Notes: generated by a model not told the origin, from the sequence alone. DNA of 64,000 nt from Bdellovibrionales bacterium (GCA_965261545.1 CBDHDF010000006.1:128001-192000); one strand, 5' to 3'. Counted from the stretch's first letter, positions 33,189-44,363 are shown. Translations and numbers: made by a program.

Positions 33189-34103
33189 ATGAAGATGATT
33201 CGTAAAGAAACAGGGTATGTGAAAAGTTTTGACGGAACTTCCATTTACTATGAGGTGAGGGGTGAGGGAGCCCCCCTCGTCTTTATGTATGGTATTGGAT
33301 GTGTCATGAATCACTGGGCGCCTCAGATAAAATATTTTTCCCAATCCTTTCAAACCATCACCATGGACTATAGGGGACATCACAAATCAGCCCCTCCCGA
33401 AGACCCTAGTCAGCTATCCATAGCCTGCCTTGTAAAAGACCTTCAAATACTCCTCCAGCACCTAGACATCCCTAAAGCCTCTTTTTGGGGGCACAGTTTT
33501 GGTGCCCAAGTCTTAACTGCTGCCTATGAAAAACAACCTGAAGCCTTTGAAAACATAATCTTCGTCAATGGCTTCGTTAAGAATCCAATTCAAGGTATGT
33601 TTGGCAGCCAATGGCCCCATAAAATTTTTCATAGGATAAGGTCAGCCCACGAAGTCTTCCCAGACACACTTGGGTATCTGTGGAAAAAAATCATCAACCA
33701 GCGAATTTCTATATATTTGAGTTCTCTTTTAGGAGGGTTTAACCTCCAGTTGACCCATTTGAAAGATATTGAAATTTACATTCGTGGGGTGGCTTCCGTG
33801 GACCTTGAGTGCTTTCTCGCTCTCTTTGAGGATATGATGCATTATGATGGAAGCCACGTGCTGAATCAAATTGAATGCCCAGCCCTTATTATTGCCGGAG
33901 AAAAGGATAGCGTCACTCCCTTCAAGCACCAGGAAGAAATTCACCAGGGAATAGTCCATAGTGAACTTCTCATTGTTCCAGTGGGCTCCCACTGCTCGCA
34001 ACTCGATATGTCTGACCTCATTAACCTGCGTGCTGAAAAGTTTTTGGTGTCATCCGGTCAAATGTCACCTGGTCAAGATCTTAAAACCGAAGGCAAGAAG
34101 TAG
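33189..34103 (+). CDS. alpha/beta fold hydrolase
   Basis: DYRGH, WGHSFG nucleophile elbow, GEKD, GSH. Confidence 0.9.
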   Translation: MKMIRKETGYVKSFDGTSIYYEVRGEGAPLVFMYGIGCVMNHWAPQIKYFSQSFQTITMDYRGHHKSAPPEDPSQLSIACLVKDLQILLQHLDIPKASFWGHSFGAQVLTAAYEKQPEAFENIIFVNGFVKNPIQGMFGSQWPHKIFHRIRSAHEVFPDTLGYLWKKIINQRISIYLSSLLGGFNLQLTHLKDIEIYIRGVASVDLECFLALFEDMMHYDGSHVLNQIECPALIIAGEKDSVTPFKHQEEIHQGIVHSELLIVPVGSHCSQLDMSDLINLRAEKFLVSSGQMSPGQDLKTEGKK

Positions 34104-34135
34104 GTGCCTGTGGATAATGATGTGGAAAAGTAAGT

Positions 34136-36048
34136 CCCGAGTTTGACAGCAGCATCTGCGTCAAACGAATGATATTAAAGGATTAACGCATATAGTTGTA
34201 TTTTGTTTATCCACACTTGTGGGCATTAAGGATTCTGGGAGGGATGGGGACGCCTGCGGCTTTAAATAAGGAGTTGGCATTGCCAGTGATATCTGTGCGG
34301 GTCCAAATGACTTGATCACGAATTTTAACAGGGATAGCCCTAACTTCCTTGAGTTCCCTCATGGCCTCTACAACAGTTAAAGGTCGCTCTTTAACATGAC
34401 CAATGCCTATGGCTGGGCTTTTTAGGTTCATCTTCTTATCTCTTAAACATTTTGTAAGGTGGGCCTCACAAAGATAAGTTAAAAAGCATAGAGTTAAATG
34501 TCCAATAATCCTCTGGTCTGTCCAATGGAAAACAGGACGTGTTTTCAAAGTCCCTTTTAACTCACCAAAAGCATCTTCAATTTTCCACAATTCTTTGTAG
34601 TTGATAATAATCTCATCTGCCGTCAAGTCTTTGACATTTGTAAGGACGGCAAAAAAACCATCAATTTTTTCATCTAATTCTATTTGTTCTGCATTTAATT
34701 CAGGTTTTTTATTTTTGTCGTCAGCCATCTTTACATATTTCTTATAACCTTTATTGGAAACAAAAGTACTAGACTGAACACCTTTAGAAGATAGTTTTCC
34801 TTCGATCTTTTCAAGAAGGGATTCTCTAGATTTTTTATCTCTCTCTGCTCTTTTCCTAGACCAAGTCACAATACATCTATGCCCCCCATGGTCTGTTTCG
34901 TAAACAGCAAGCTCATTCTCATATACCCAGCTAAAACGATTTAAATCATAGACCTCTTGTTTCTTTTCTTTTTTTAAAGATCCAAGCTTCATACCAACAA
35001 TAAACTCGCTTTGATCCTCACTGAGTTTGTCAGTATTAGCCTTTGATAAAAGCCCCCTATCAGCCACAAAAATGAAACGGCGTACATTAAACTTTTTTCT
35101 CATTTTATCAACAATATCTGAAAGCGTCTTGCCTTCAAAAGTATTACCAGGGAAAACCTCAAAACCTAAAGGGATGCCATCCCGATTCACCAACAAACCA
35201 AAGACAACTTGGGTGCAGTCTGATCGTCTCTCTTTACTATAGCCAAATTGACGAAGTTTCCCTAAGTCTGTTCTTGTACTCTCGAAGCGTAAGGTTGTTA
35301 AATCATACAACACAATGTCTACTTGGAAATTAAATAAATCTCGCCCCACCCAATAAAGCGAGTTCTCTATTTCATCCTTATGGGAGGCAAGTAAGTCCAT
35401 AGACCGATAAATATGCTGGAGACTCAAATCACCCTTAATCATGTCTGGGTAAAAAGATTTTTGCCAATACTCAAAAACCTTTAACTTGGAACTAGGAGCA
35501 ATAAATCGGGTGGCAACTAAGGTAAAAATCACCTTACATAAATCAAATTGAACTTTCTCATGAGAATCTTTTATGTCTTTGAGGGTCTTATTGATACCCA
35601 GTTGATCAAACAACTTTTGTAAAATCAGCAAGGGACCCAAAATGAAAGTCTCTTCGATGTAAAGCTCCTTAGCCAATTGACTCACAGTGAGAAGCTCTCG
35701 GTGGCGGGATACGGCCTGCGCCAAACTATTAATCTTATCCTCTCCTCCTTCTCCAGCCTTACCTAAGGACATGAGCATGCGTTTTTTGGATTTGCCTTTT
35801 TCTCTGTAGGACTCCACAAGGTGGTAGTAGCACTGACCTTTTGAGTTTTTAGTCGTTTGGATGTACATGAGGATATTTTCTACATATTTCTATGATATAT
35901 CAATATTTAAAACGATAAAATCCTATTTTGTTTTCTACACTTTTTTTGCGTCAATTTTAATTTTTCCAGCAGCTACCATTATATTTCAGTACAACCCCAA
36001 TTTCTGGAAATTTCGCATTTTAACGCAGATGCTGCTGTCAAACTCGGG
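34136..36048 (-). mobile_element. IS1634-family element, copy 1 (1913 bp), with 37-bp flanking direct repeat
   Basis: 26-bp IR CCCGAGTTTGACAGCAGCATCTGCGT; DR AGTAGGTGCCTGTGGATAATGATGTGGAAAAGTAAGT at 34099-34135 and 36049-36085. Confidence 0.96.
34207..35868 (-). CDS. IS1634-family transposase
   Basis: LYDLTTLRFE, FGYSKERRSD, FVADRGL, YKELWKIEDAFGELK, RPVFHW. Confidence 0.95.
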   Translation of the reverse strand: MYIQTTKNSKGQCYYHLVESYREKGKSKKRMLMSLGKAGEGGEDKINSLAQAVSRHRELLTVSQLAKELYIEETFILGPLLILQKLFDQLGINKTLKDIKDSHEKVQFDLCKVIFTLVATRFIAPSSKLKVFEYWQKSFYPDMIKGDLSLQHIYRSMDLLASHKDEIENSLYWVGRDLFNFQVDIVLYDLTTLRFESTRTDLGKLRQFGYSKERRSDCTQVVFGLLVNRDGIPLGFEVFPGNTFEGKTLSDIVDKMRKKFNVRRFIFVADRGLLSKANTDKLSEDQSEFIVGMKLGSLKKEKKQEVYDLNRFSWVYENELAVYETDHGGHRCIVTWSRKRAERDKKSRESLLEKIEGKLSSKGVQSSTFVSNKGYKKYVKMADDKNKKPELNAEQIELDEKIDGFFAVLTNVKDLTADEIIINYKELWKIEDAFGELKGTLKTRPVFHWTDQRIIGHLTLCFLTYLCEAHLTKCLRDKKMNLKSPAIGIGHVKERPLTVVEAMRELKEVRAIPVKIRDQVIWTRTDITGNANSLFKAAGVPIPPRILNAHKCG

Positions 36049-36106
36049 AGTAGGTGCCTGTGGATAATGATGTGGAAAAGTAAGTTATTTGTGGATAAGT
36101 CGTGAA

Positions 36107-36195
36107 AAATGTAACATTTCTTTATGCTAAGTGTAAACATTTCTTTATGTTAAATGTAAGTATTTCTTTATGTTAAATGTAAGTATTTTTTTATT
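36107..36195. repeat. AT-rich 22-23-bp tandem repeat x4
   Basis: AAATGTAA(G)(C/T)ATTTCTTTATG(C/T)T units at 36107, 36129, 36152, 36175. Confidence 0.9.
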
Positions 36196-36970
36196 AAGAG
36201 CCTCTCTTTTTAAAAGATGACAACAAGTACTCTCGGTTTAAGATGGCAATGTTCTCTAAGCTGATCTCCTTGGGGCAAGCGGCAGAGCAGGCTCCCGTGT
36301 TGGTACAAGCCCCGAATCCCTCATTGTCCATTTGAGCGACCATACTTGTGACCCTTTGAATCCGTTCAGGCTCTCCCTGGGGGAGTAAAGACAAGTGAGC
36401 CACCTTGGCTGACACAAAAAGATTGGCCGAGGCATTCTTGCATGCCGCCACACAAGCTCCACAGCCAATGCATTCGGCAGCTTCAAAAGCTTGATCTGAT
36501 TTTTCTTTGCCTACGGGCAAGTTGTTTGCATCTTGGGCATTGCCTGTATTCACAGAGACAAAGCCACCGGCTTGGATGATTCGATCTAGAGAAGAGCGGT
36601 CGACAACCAAATCTTTAATCACGGGAAAAGCCTTTGCCCTGAAGGGTTCAATATAAATTGTATCACCATTGCTAAAGCTTCTCATGTGAAGTTGACAAGA
36701 TGTCGTCGCTTTTTGGGGACCATGGGCATTTCCATTGATGACCAAAGAGCAGGTTCCACAAATTCCCTCTCGACAATCGTGGTCAAACTCCACAGGTGTC
36801 TTTCCTTCCTTCACAAGATCTTCATTCATTACATCCATCATCTCTAGAAAGGACATATTGATAGAGACCTCCTTGGCTTCGTAGTCCATAAAAGAACCGC
36901 TTTTACTGGGGCCTTCTTGTCGCCAGACTTTAAGTTTTAAATTTAATTTTGTATCCGATGAACCGGCCAT
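36194..36970 (-). CDS. sdhB: succinate dehydrogenase/fumarate reductase iron-sulfur subunit
   Basis: [33 protein letters not shown]. Confidence 0.95.
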   Translation of the reverse strand: MAGSSDTKLNLKLKVWRQEGPSKSGSFMDYEAKEVSINMSFLEMMDVMNEDLVKEGKTPVEFDHDCREGICGTCSLVINGNAHGPQKATTSCQLHMRSFSNGDTIYIEPFRAKAFPVIKDLVVDRSSLDRIIQAGGFVSVNTGNAQDANNLPVGKEKSDQAFEAAECIGCGACVAACKNASANLFVSAKVAHLSLLPQGEPERIQRVTSMVAQMDNEGFGACTNTGACSAACPKEISLENIAILNREYLLSSFKKRGS

Positions 36971-37032
36971 ATTCCATATCCTTTAGGTCTTAATAGTTAT
37001 TTATAACTCTTGTTATTTATGGTTTCACATTG

Positions 37033-38946
37033 TTACTTATAGCTCCGTGTTGCTAATTTTACATAATCAAATTTCAAAGACTCTTTGTGAAGCTTCCATG
37101 TATCTTCTTTCTTTTCCCAGGTAGAGACATGACAAAAGCGATCATCATTTCTAAGAGCTTCATTCTCAGGGGTTTGATGTTCTTCTCTAAAGTGTCCTCC
37201 ACAGGATTCCTCGCGAACCAAAGCATCACGGGCCATCAACTCCCCAAGTTCTAGAAAATCAGACACACGCCCCACCTTCTCTAGCTCAGCATTCATATTG
37301 TTTTTATCTCCAGGAATTTTCACACTTTGCCAAAATTCCTCACGCAATTTGGGAATTTCAGTCAAAGCCTTTTCCAAACTCTCCTTACTCCGAGACATTC
37401 CCACGTTTTCCCACATGGTATGTCCTAGTTTTCGGTGAATATCATCCACAGGCAAGGAACCATTGATTTTAAAGAAACTATCAATGCGCTTTTGGCAAGC
37501 CGCGGCACTCTCTTTGAAAGCGGAGTGATGGATATCCACAGCCTCCAGCTTATGGGAGGCGATAAAGTGCCCCAAGGTGTAGGGAATGACAAAGTATCCA
37601 TCGGCAAGGCCCTGCATAAGAGCAGAAGCTCCTAGGCGGTTGGCACCATGGTCGGAGAAATTGGCCTCACCAAGAATATGAAGGCCAGGAATGGTGCTTT
37701 GGAGATTGTAGTCCACCCACAGCCCCCCCATGGTATAGTGCACCGCAGGAAAGATTCTCATGGGTGTTTTATAGGGGTTTTCCCCTGTGATTTTTTCGTA
37801 CATCTGAAACAAATTGCCATAGCGGTCTCCGATGGCGGCCTCTCCCAAGCGGCCAATGGCACTTTGAAAATCCAAATAAACAGCCACACCAGTGGGGCCA
37901 ACCCCACGCCCCTCATCCACTCTGAATTTAGCCTGTCGTGAAGCCACATCACGAGGGACGAGGTTTCCAAAACTTGGATAAATTCTCTCTAGGTAGTAAT
38001 CCCGATCGCCTTCGGATATTTCACTGGGGGCACGGCTGTCTCCCTTGTTCTTGGGGACCCAAACCCTGCCATCATTTCTCAAAGACTCAGACATTAAAGT
38101 TAGTTTGGATTGATAACCTCCTGAAACGGGAATACAGGTGGGGTGAATTTGAGTAAAACATGGGTTGGCAAAAAAAGCTCCCTTGCGGTGGCAACGCCAA
38201 GCCGCAGTGACATTGGAGTTCATTGCATTGGTGGAAAGATAAAATACATTTCCATAGCCACCTGTGGCCAAAATAACAGCTTCAGCGGTATGAGACTCAA
38301 TCTCTCCCGTTTGAAGATTGCGGGTGGTGATGCCCCTTGCTTTTCCGTCGATGATGACGAGGTCTAGCATTTCCTGGCGAACATAGAGCTGCACTTGTTT
38401 GCGCGCCACTTGCCTCATCATCGCTGAGTAGGCACCTAAAAGAAGTTGCTGCCCCGTTTGTCCGCGGGCATAAAAAGTTCGTGAAACTTGGGCGCCACCA
38501 AAAGAGCGATTGGCCAGGGTTCCAGCATATTCTCTGGCAAAGGGAACTCCCTGGGCCACACATTGGTCAATAATGTTGTTGGATATTTGTGCAAGCCTGT
38601 AAACATTGGGTTCACGAGAGCGAAAATCTCCCCCTTTGACGGTGTCATAAAAGAGTCGATAAATAGAATCACCGTCGTTGGGGTAATTCTTAGCGGCATT
38701 GATTCCCCCTTGGGCAGCGATGGAGTGCGCTCGACGAGCGGAGTCTTGGATACAAAAGCTTTTTACATTGTAGCCCAATTCCGCAAGGCTTGCAGCCGCT
38801 GAAGCTCCAGCAAGGCCCGTCCCTACCACAATGATATTAAACTTCCTTTTGTTGGCAGGGTTGACCAGCTTCATTTCCACTCGGTACTGGTCCCATTGGT
38901 TGTGAATATCACCTGAGGGACATTTTGAATCTAAAATTTCTGACAT
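37033..38946 (-). CDS. sdhA: succinate dehydrogenase/fumarate reductase flavoprotein subunit
   Basis: [36 protein letters not shown]. Confidence 0.96.
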   Translation of the reverse strand: MSEILDSKCPSGDIHNQWDQYRVEMKLVNPANKRKFNIIVVGTGLAGASAAASLAELGYNVKSFCIQDSARRAHSIAAQGGINAAKNYPNDGDSIYRLFYDTVKGGDFRSREPNVYRLAQISNNIIDQCVAQGVPFAREYAGTLANRSFGGAQVSRTFYARGQTGQQLLLGAYSAMMRQVARKQVQLYVRQEMLDLVIIDGKARGITTRNLQTGEIESHTAEAVILATGGYGNVFYLSTNAMNSNVTAAWRCHRKGAFFANPCFTQIHPTCIPVSGGYQSKLTLMSESLRNDGRVWVPKNKGDSRAPSEISEGDRDYYLERIYPSFGNLVPRDVASRQAKFRVDEGRGVGPTGVAVYLDFQSAIGRLGEAAIGDRYGNLFQMYEKITGENPYKTPMRIFPAVHYTMGGLWVDYNLQSTIPGLHILGEANFSDHGANRLGASALMQGLADGYFVIPYTLGHFIASHKLEAVDIHHSAFKESAAACQKRIDSFFKINGSLPVDDIHRKLGHTMWENVGMSRSKESLEKALTEIPKLREEFWQSVKIPGDKNNMNAELEKVGRVSDFLELGELMARDALVREESCGGHFREEHQTPENEALRNDDRFCHVSTWEKKEDTWKLHKESLKFDYVKLATRSYK

Positions 38947-39017
38947 GCAATCATCTCCCCAATTCTCTCCATCCTAACTATTCTTTCTGCTCTCTCTCTA
39001 TTCTAAACTAAACTAAA

Positions 39018-39716
39018 CTATTCTAAAATACTTAAATGGATGGGTTCACTCCAAAGAAAAAAGATGTAAACAGGTGTGGAAATAAAGCCCAAACAAACAA
39101 CAATGGCGTAAACATGCCCTACTTTTTCAATGAGGGGAGTGTATTTAGGGTGATGGAGACCCAAAGTCTGAAGTGTCGAACTTACCCCATGGCCCAAGTG
39201 CATCCCCAAAATGAGGAGACAAAAAATATACCAAAGCACATAAAGTGGATTTTTAAAGACCTCCACCATGAGACGAAAAAGGTCCCTGATAGGACCCGAT
39301 CCATAGTTGACCACATGGTGCTCACCAAATTTAAAAGTGATGAGGTGGTAGACGACAAAAACTAAGATAATAATCCCTTGGTGCCACATGGTTTTTGTGA
39401 TGAAACTTGTCCCCTTATCTCCACTGGAACTGACTTGATACTTATGGGGGCGAGCCTCTGAGTTCTTTTTGGTAAGGATCAGGGCTAAAACAAGATGAAT
39501 GAGGAAAATTCCTAAAAGCCCCATCTCAATGAAGTAGATGAACTTGCTGTTGACCAGTGCATGGCCATATTCGTTGTAGGCTTGGGGGCTTACAAAAACA
39601 AGGAGGTTGCCCATCATGTGGCCAAGCACAAAAAGGCTTAGACCCAAGCCCATGAGACCCACAATTTGCTTACGGCCAACAGTTGTGAATGGATAACAAT
39701 ATTGACAAGTCGACAT
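39018..39716 (-). CDS. sdhC: succinate dehydrogenase cytochrome b subunit (b558 family)
   Basis: Five TM segments with four heme-ligand His; first gene of sdhCAB. Confidence 0.9.
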   Translation of the reverse strand: MSTCQYCYPFTTVGRKQIVGLMGLGLSLFVLGHMMGNLLVFVSPQAYNEYGHALVNSKFIYFIEMGLLGIFLIHLVLALILTKKNSEARPHKYQVSSSGDKGTSFITKTMWHQGIIILVFVVYHLITFKFGEHHVVNYGSGPIRDLFRLMVEVFKNPLYVLWYIFCLLILGMHLGHGVSSTLQTLGLHHPKYTPLIEKVGHVYAIVVCLGFISTPVYIFFLWSEPIHLSILE

Positions 39717-39988
39717 CTCTTTCGTCCCTCTCCGTCCTAACTTTTGTCCTTAGATTTTCTTTTTTCTTTCATCTTTATCTTTACTTTAAAATATACCTTG
39801 AAAACAAAAGGGTTTCACCCAAAACATGATGGAAAAGATTCTTCTGAAATCAAAAGTCTCGACACCTTTATGGAGGCCATTAGCAAAGATTATGCGTTGC
39901 TCCGTAGAGCTTATTTGACGAAGAATTCATTTATCGCTATGAGGGAATTGTTACGAGGGAACGGTTATGGAAATAAGGAGTTGCACCC

Positions 39989-40843
39989 ATGAAGATTTTT
40001 GTTTGCATCAAGCAAGTGCCTGACACAGAAACCAAAATTAAACTGAAAAGCGATGGCTCTCATATTGACGATATAGGGGTGAAGTGGATCATCAATCCCT
40101 ATGATGAATTTGCAGTGGAAGAGGCTTTAAGACTCAAGGAAGCGACCCAGGGGGACAGTCGAGTGATTCTTGTGAGTTTGGGGCCTAAGGATCGCATCAT
40201 GGAGGCCCTTCGCACGGGGCTAGCCATGGGGGGAGATGAGGCCCTTTTGGTAGATACCTCAAAAAGAGTAGATACTTCAACTTCAGAAAAAATAGATACT
40301 TCAGAAAGAATAGATGCTCATTCCACGGCCAAGGCTTTGGCCCAAGTCATTGTAGGGGAGGGGGGGGCCGATATCATTTTCGCTGGCAAACTCTCCATTG
40401 ATGACAATACCTCCAGCGTGAGCCAAATGCTCGCAGAGCACCTCAACATGCCTCACACCACGGTGGTTTCAAAGTTTTCTCAAGGTGATAACACAACAGG
40501 TAACATAGAAGGCACAGCAGAGAACATATTTAACCTTGAAAGGGAGATTGAAGGTGGGGCGAGGGAAGTTGTACAACTCACAGGGCCTTCTGTGATCGGA
40601 GTTAACAAAGGTCTCAATACGCCGAGATATGCAAGCCTACCTGGGATTATGAAGGCGAAGAAAAAACCTGTGAAAACCATAAATATTGAAGACTTGAATC
40701 TTTCAGATGGGGACAAAAAGATATCTTTCAGTGATTTTGAATTCCCACCCAAAAAGCCCTCTATCAAAATGGTGGAAGGCGATGTGTCCCAACAGTGCAC
40801 ACAGTTGGTTCGACTTCTTCGGGAAGAGGCAAAGGTTCTATAA
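39989..40843 (+). CDS. etfB: electron transfer flavoprotein beta subunit
   Basis: MKIFVCIKQVPDT, NPYDEFAVEEA, NTPRYASLPGIMKAKKK. Confidence 0.95.
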   Translation: MKIFVCIKQVPDTETKIKLKSDGSHIDDIGVKWIINPYDEFAVEEALRLKEATQGDSRVILVSLGPKDRIMEALRTGLAMGGDEALLVDTSKRVDTSTSEKIDTSERIDAHSTAKALAQVIVGEGGADIIFAGKLSIDDNTSSVSQMLAEHLNMPHTTVVSKFSQGDNTTGNIEGTAENIFNLEREIEGGAREVVQLTGPSVIGVNKGLNTPRYASLPGIMKAKKKPVKTINIEDLNLSDGDKKISFSDFEFPPKKPSIKMVEGDVSQQCTQLVRLLREEAKVL

Positions 40844-41805
40844 TGACAAAAATTCTAGTGTTTTGTGAAACGAAGGAAAGCAAAATTAAAACAGGCTCTT
40901 TGGAGTTGCTTTCAATAGCTAAAAATTCTGGGGCTCAGGTAATTGCGGTTTTTTTGGGGAGTGAGGCTTCCAAAACCGCTCCTATGGCCGCCTTCTATGG
41001 GGCTTCTCAAATTCACATTTGCAATGAAGCCGATTTAGACAACTACAATCCTGAGCTTTTCACAGCCACTCTATCCCCTTTATTCCAAGAGATAGCACCT
41101 CAGATCATTTTGGCTTCATCCACTGTCTTGGCAAGAGATTTATTTCCTCGTCTTGGGGCGCGGCTTGACACGGGGGTGATCAGTGATGTGACAGACCTGC
41201 AAATTGAAGGAAACTCTGTGTCTGTCCGAAGGCCCATGTACGCAGGCAAGTGCTCAGCCTCTGTCCACTTTTTAAATAGCCACATAAAGATGATATTGAT
41301 GAGACCCAATCAACTTCCCATCAATGAACCAGACACCTCGTCCACAGCCGAAATGACAGACTTTTCCATGGCTCAAGTGGATTCCAAGACCCATATTAAA
41401 GAAGTGGTCAAGGGAACCTCTGAAAAGGTGGACTTGACGGAAGCCAACGTTATCATTTCAGGGGGGCGTGGCATGAAGGGGCCTGAAAACTTTAAGTTAC
41501 TCGATGAGCTTGCTGAAGTTATCAATGGCACCGTAGGAGCGTCTCGAGCGGTCTGTGATGCAGGTTGGGTGCCCCATAGTATGCAAGTGGGACAAACGGG
41601 GAAAACTGTCGCCCCAAGTCTGTATATTGCTTGTGGCATCTCTGGAGCTATTCAGCACTTAGCTGGAATGAGTGGAAGCAAAGTTATTGTTGCCATTAAC
41701 AAAGACCCCGAGGCCCCCATTTTTCAAAAAGCCACATACGGTATTGTGGGTGATGTCTTTGAAGTTCTTCCCACGCTTACCAAGGAATTCAAGGCTTTGT
41801 TATAG
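40843..41805 (+). CDS. etfA: electron transfer flavoprotein alpha subunit
   Basis: [39 protein letters not shown] coupling to etfB. Confidence 0.95.
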   Translation: MTKILVFCETKESKIKTGSLELLSIAKNSGAQVIAVFLGSEASKTAPMAAFYGASQIHICNEADLDNYNPELFTATLSPLFQEIAPQIILASSTVLARDLFPRLGARLDTGVISDVTDLQIEGNSVSVRRPMYAGKCSASVHFLNSHIKMILMRPNQLPINEPDTSSTAEMTDFSMAQVDSKTHIKEVVKGTSEKVDLTEANVIISGGRGMKGPENFKLLDELAEVINGTVGASRAVCDAGWVPHSMQVGQTGKTVAPSLYIACGISGAIQHLAGMSGSKVIVAINKDPEAPIFQKATYGIVGDVFEVLPTLTKEFKALL

Positions 41806-41961
41806 GAGTGCAAGGTTCTTTTTTATGATGCTCTACATTTTTATATTTTTATCGTGCGCTTCTTGTGCCAAGGAGCTAAGGAGTTTAGCCCCTTCGTCGT
41901 TATCTAAGTTGTTTACCTTTGTCACCAATATTATCTTCCTTTTCCTTTAAGGGGTGGTCTC

Positions 41962-42156
41962 TTAGAGGTGGTCGATGGGTATGTCTCTGGCCATTACAGT
42001 TTTACGACCCTCGGCTTTTGCTTTTTCAATTCCCAGCTCACAAAGTCTTTCAACCGCTCGGCTTAAAGTTTCTACAGTTTCGCCTGAAGTATTGCAGTCT
42101 CCAGAGTCTTTGATATATTTTTTTACTTTACTTGTCACAATAAGCACTTCTGCCAT
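41962..42156 (-). CDS. bacterial histone-fold protein, Bd0055/HBb homolog
   Basis: 64 aa MAEVLIVTSKVKK...NTS.ET..LS.AVE.LC..G...AKA.GRKTVMARDI.IDHL; histone RKTV..RD signature; GGAGG RBS. Confidence 0.92.
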   Translation of the reverse strand: MAEVLIVTSKVKKYIKDSGDCNTSGETVETLSRAVERLCELGIEKAKAEGRKTVMARDIPIDHL

Positions 42157-42354
42157 TTTTTTTCCTCCATGTCCTCTTTTTATGTTTATAACTCATTTTC
42201 ATGACTCGTTTCCATGATTTTTCCTCATAGTTCTTGAACAGGTCGATGACCTGTTCAAGTATTTTCGAGCAACACAAAGCCATTAGCAACGATTTTTACT
42301 AAAGCAAAAGCAATTTTATAAATACAAGCACAAATTTAACGCATCGAGCATAAT

Positions 42355-43872
42355 TTATTGGGGAATCTTCTTTTTTGTAAGGGGCTGGGATTCACCTACC
42401 AAAGCTTTGGGAAAAACATCATGCCCATGACCATCTTCAAAGCGAAGCAGACTGGCCACTCTGTGGGAAGTTTTTTCCCCAGGCTGAATCCACACATAGG
42501 TTTTTTGATCGATAGGTTTTTTGCACTCCACATCTTCAAAAGCTGGAGACCAAGTGCCAGAATTGAGGTGCTCCACAGGGCCTATCATTTCATGTCGTAC
42601 CGTATGGGTGTGACCATAAACAATACGATTTACATTTGTAATGGACCTTTGCACACTCAGTATATCTTCACGTGGCTCTTTGTAGTCCATAATATTTGAT
42701 CCCAGAATATTACCCATAATATTGGAGTAAAAAATAAAAAAGGGCAAGAATACTATTAAAGGAACCAGTAGCCAAAACAATGATATAGCATAGGCACTTT
42801 TTAAAAAAAGAAAGAATTGAATGCTCACAGCAATGATAATTAATATTAAAAAGGCACGATCGAGCCATAGTTCCTTTAGTAACAAAAAAGGCTTGCTGGA
42901 AGCCGGGGCCACAAACAACTGTAAGAGTTCTCTGACCATTCTTGGAGTTGCATTGGATTTCTTTGCAATATACTCCACTCGATCTTCAACACTGAGGGGG
43001 TCACGAATGGGAGGCGCCAAGCGATTGATGAAAGCAACCCAAAGAGTGATGGTGGCACTCCAAAACCAAGTCCACATCAATAGAGGTTGAGCCAAAACCA
43101 CATAGCGAAAAAAGAACCTTGCGTACTCTCCTGCCGTCATAATAAAATTGGTATCAACGTGGGGATTAAAAAATCCCATACCATTGACCATATATCTTGT
43201 GGCAAGGTTTCCAAATGGAATTTTTACTTCCACCTTATTAAACCGTCGAACAAAAGGGTGAATGGGGTCAATGGCCACACAGTAAGGGTCGTATTGATTT
43301 CCATGTTCAATCAATGTATCTTCATTACTTATATAAAACCACTCTGTGAATCGTAAGTTGCCTTGAAGTTCACTTGGCAAATCCAACTGTGAACAGATAG
43401 CCTCTTGGACTTCAGAGTAATGAAGTTCTAAGTCATGATTTCCAGTAATAAAGATCGCCTTATGGTTTTGACAAATAAACCATCGTAGAGCTTGAATCCA
43501 TTCCTTGTGGTCATTCAATATTTTTTCAATTTTGTACAATGATTTTGAGCTTTCAGGATTGAGGCCACGAGCTTTTTCAAGCCAGGAGATTCTATAAGAG
43601 GCATGCTTAGGGATACTGGTCACACTATCAAAATCAAAAATATCTCCATTGAGAACAAGTTCTACGGGATGACCATCTGCTTTCTTATGAGCCATATGTA
43701 AGAAGTCATTGAATTGGTCATCGAAGAAGAATTGCTTTGTCTTGTATTTCTTCCAGAGGGGAAACTTGGCATTGACAGGTTCTTCCTCACAAAGGTGCAG
43801 ATCGCTAACAACCACTGTGTAATCAGATTTTTTAAAATCCTTGATTTCACTTTGGATATTTTGCAAGTACAT
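42355..43872 (-). CDS. calcineurin-like metallophosphoesterase with membrane segments
   Basis: VSDLH, NGDIFD, GNHD, EHGNQYD, GHTH, NSGTW. Confidence 0.85.
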   Translation of the reverse strand: MYLQNIQSEIKDFKKSDYTVVVSDLHLCEEEPVNAKFPLWKKYKTKQFFFDDQFNDFLHMAHKKADGHPVELVLNGDIFDFDSVTSIPKHASYRISWLEKARGLNPESSKSLYKIEKILNDHKEWIQALRWFICQNHKAIFITGNHDLELHYSEVQEAICSQLDLPSELQGNLRFTEWFYISNEDTLIEHGNQYDPYCVAIDPIHPFVRRFNKVEVKIPFGNLATRYMVNGMGFFNPHVDTNFIMTAGEYARFFFRYVVLAQPLLMWTWFWSATITLWVAFINRLAPPIRDPLSVEDRVEYIAKKSNATPRMVRELLQLFVAPASSKPFLLLKELWLDRAFLILIIIAVSIQFFLFLKSAYAISLFWLLVPLIVFLPFFIFYSNIMGNILGSNIMDYKEPREDILSVQRSITNVNRIVYGHTHTVRHEMIGPVEHLNSGTWSPAFEDVECKKPIDQKTYVWIQPGEKTSHRVASLLRFEDGHGHDVFPKALVGESQPLTKKKIPQ

Positions 43873-43946
43873 ACCTCAGCTCCATACTTTACGCTTCACG
43901 CCAACTCACATTCGACTTTTCACGCTCACACCACTCACTTCACACT

Positions 43947-44363
43947 CTACTCTTTTTGAGCTTCAAACTTCAAATAACGACCATCTTTGTTGTCAACTTT
44001 GAGGGAGGCCGATTTTACCGTTCTTAATAGCTGTTTTTGAAAAGGTTTATCCAAGGGCCTAGACCTATCAGAGAATCTATCAGGGCGTCTATCCAAGGAA
44101 CTAAAGGACCTATCACTAGGAGCAGGAGATTCTATTTGACCATTGAGTGTCTTTTCAACGCTTTGGGAGATACTGGCCCAGATATCTCTGATAAAGGTAG
44201 CACCTCCAGCAACAACTCTATGTAGAGGGCGAGTTATAGAGGAGGTTTCAATCCACGTCATAGCACGGTCTTCTATGGTTCGCCCTCCCACTCTCACTTG
44301 CAGTAAGATGACAAGAAAAATAGTGAGTAAAAAACTTTTCATAATAAAGAAAATATCTCCCAT
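43947..44363 (-). CDS. hypothetical membrane-anchored protein
   Basis: N-terminal TM then LLQVRVGGRTIEDR; directly downstream of response regulator. Confidence 0.6.
   Translation of the reverse strand: MGDIFFIMKSFLLTIFLVILLQVRVGGRTIEDRAMTWIETSSITRPLHRVVAGGATFIRDIWASISQSVEKTLNGQIESPAPSDRSFSSLDRRPDRFSDRSRPLDKPFQKQLLRTVKSASLKVDNKDGRYLKFEAQKE

Noticed and set aside
35861..36067. Repeated small ORF MYMRIFSTY (also 47174 and 63601)
   Set aside because: Antisense reading of the IS1634 left end; it is repeated only because the IS is, and its stop varies with the flank.
36059..36195. Calling this the chromosomal oriC
   Set aside because: Only two perfect and one imperfect box, no dnaA/dnaN/gidA context, and an IS insertion is tolerated; kept only as a hypothesis in findings.
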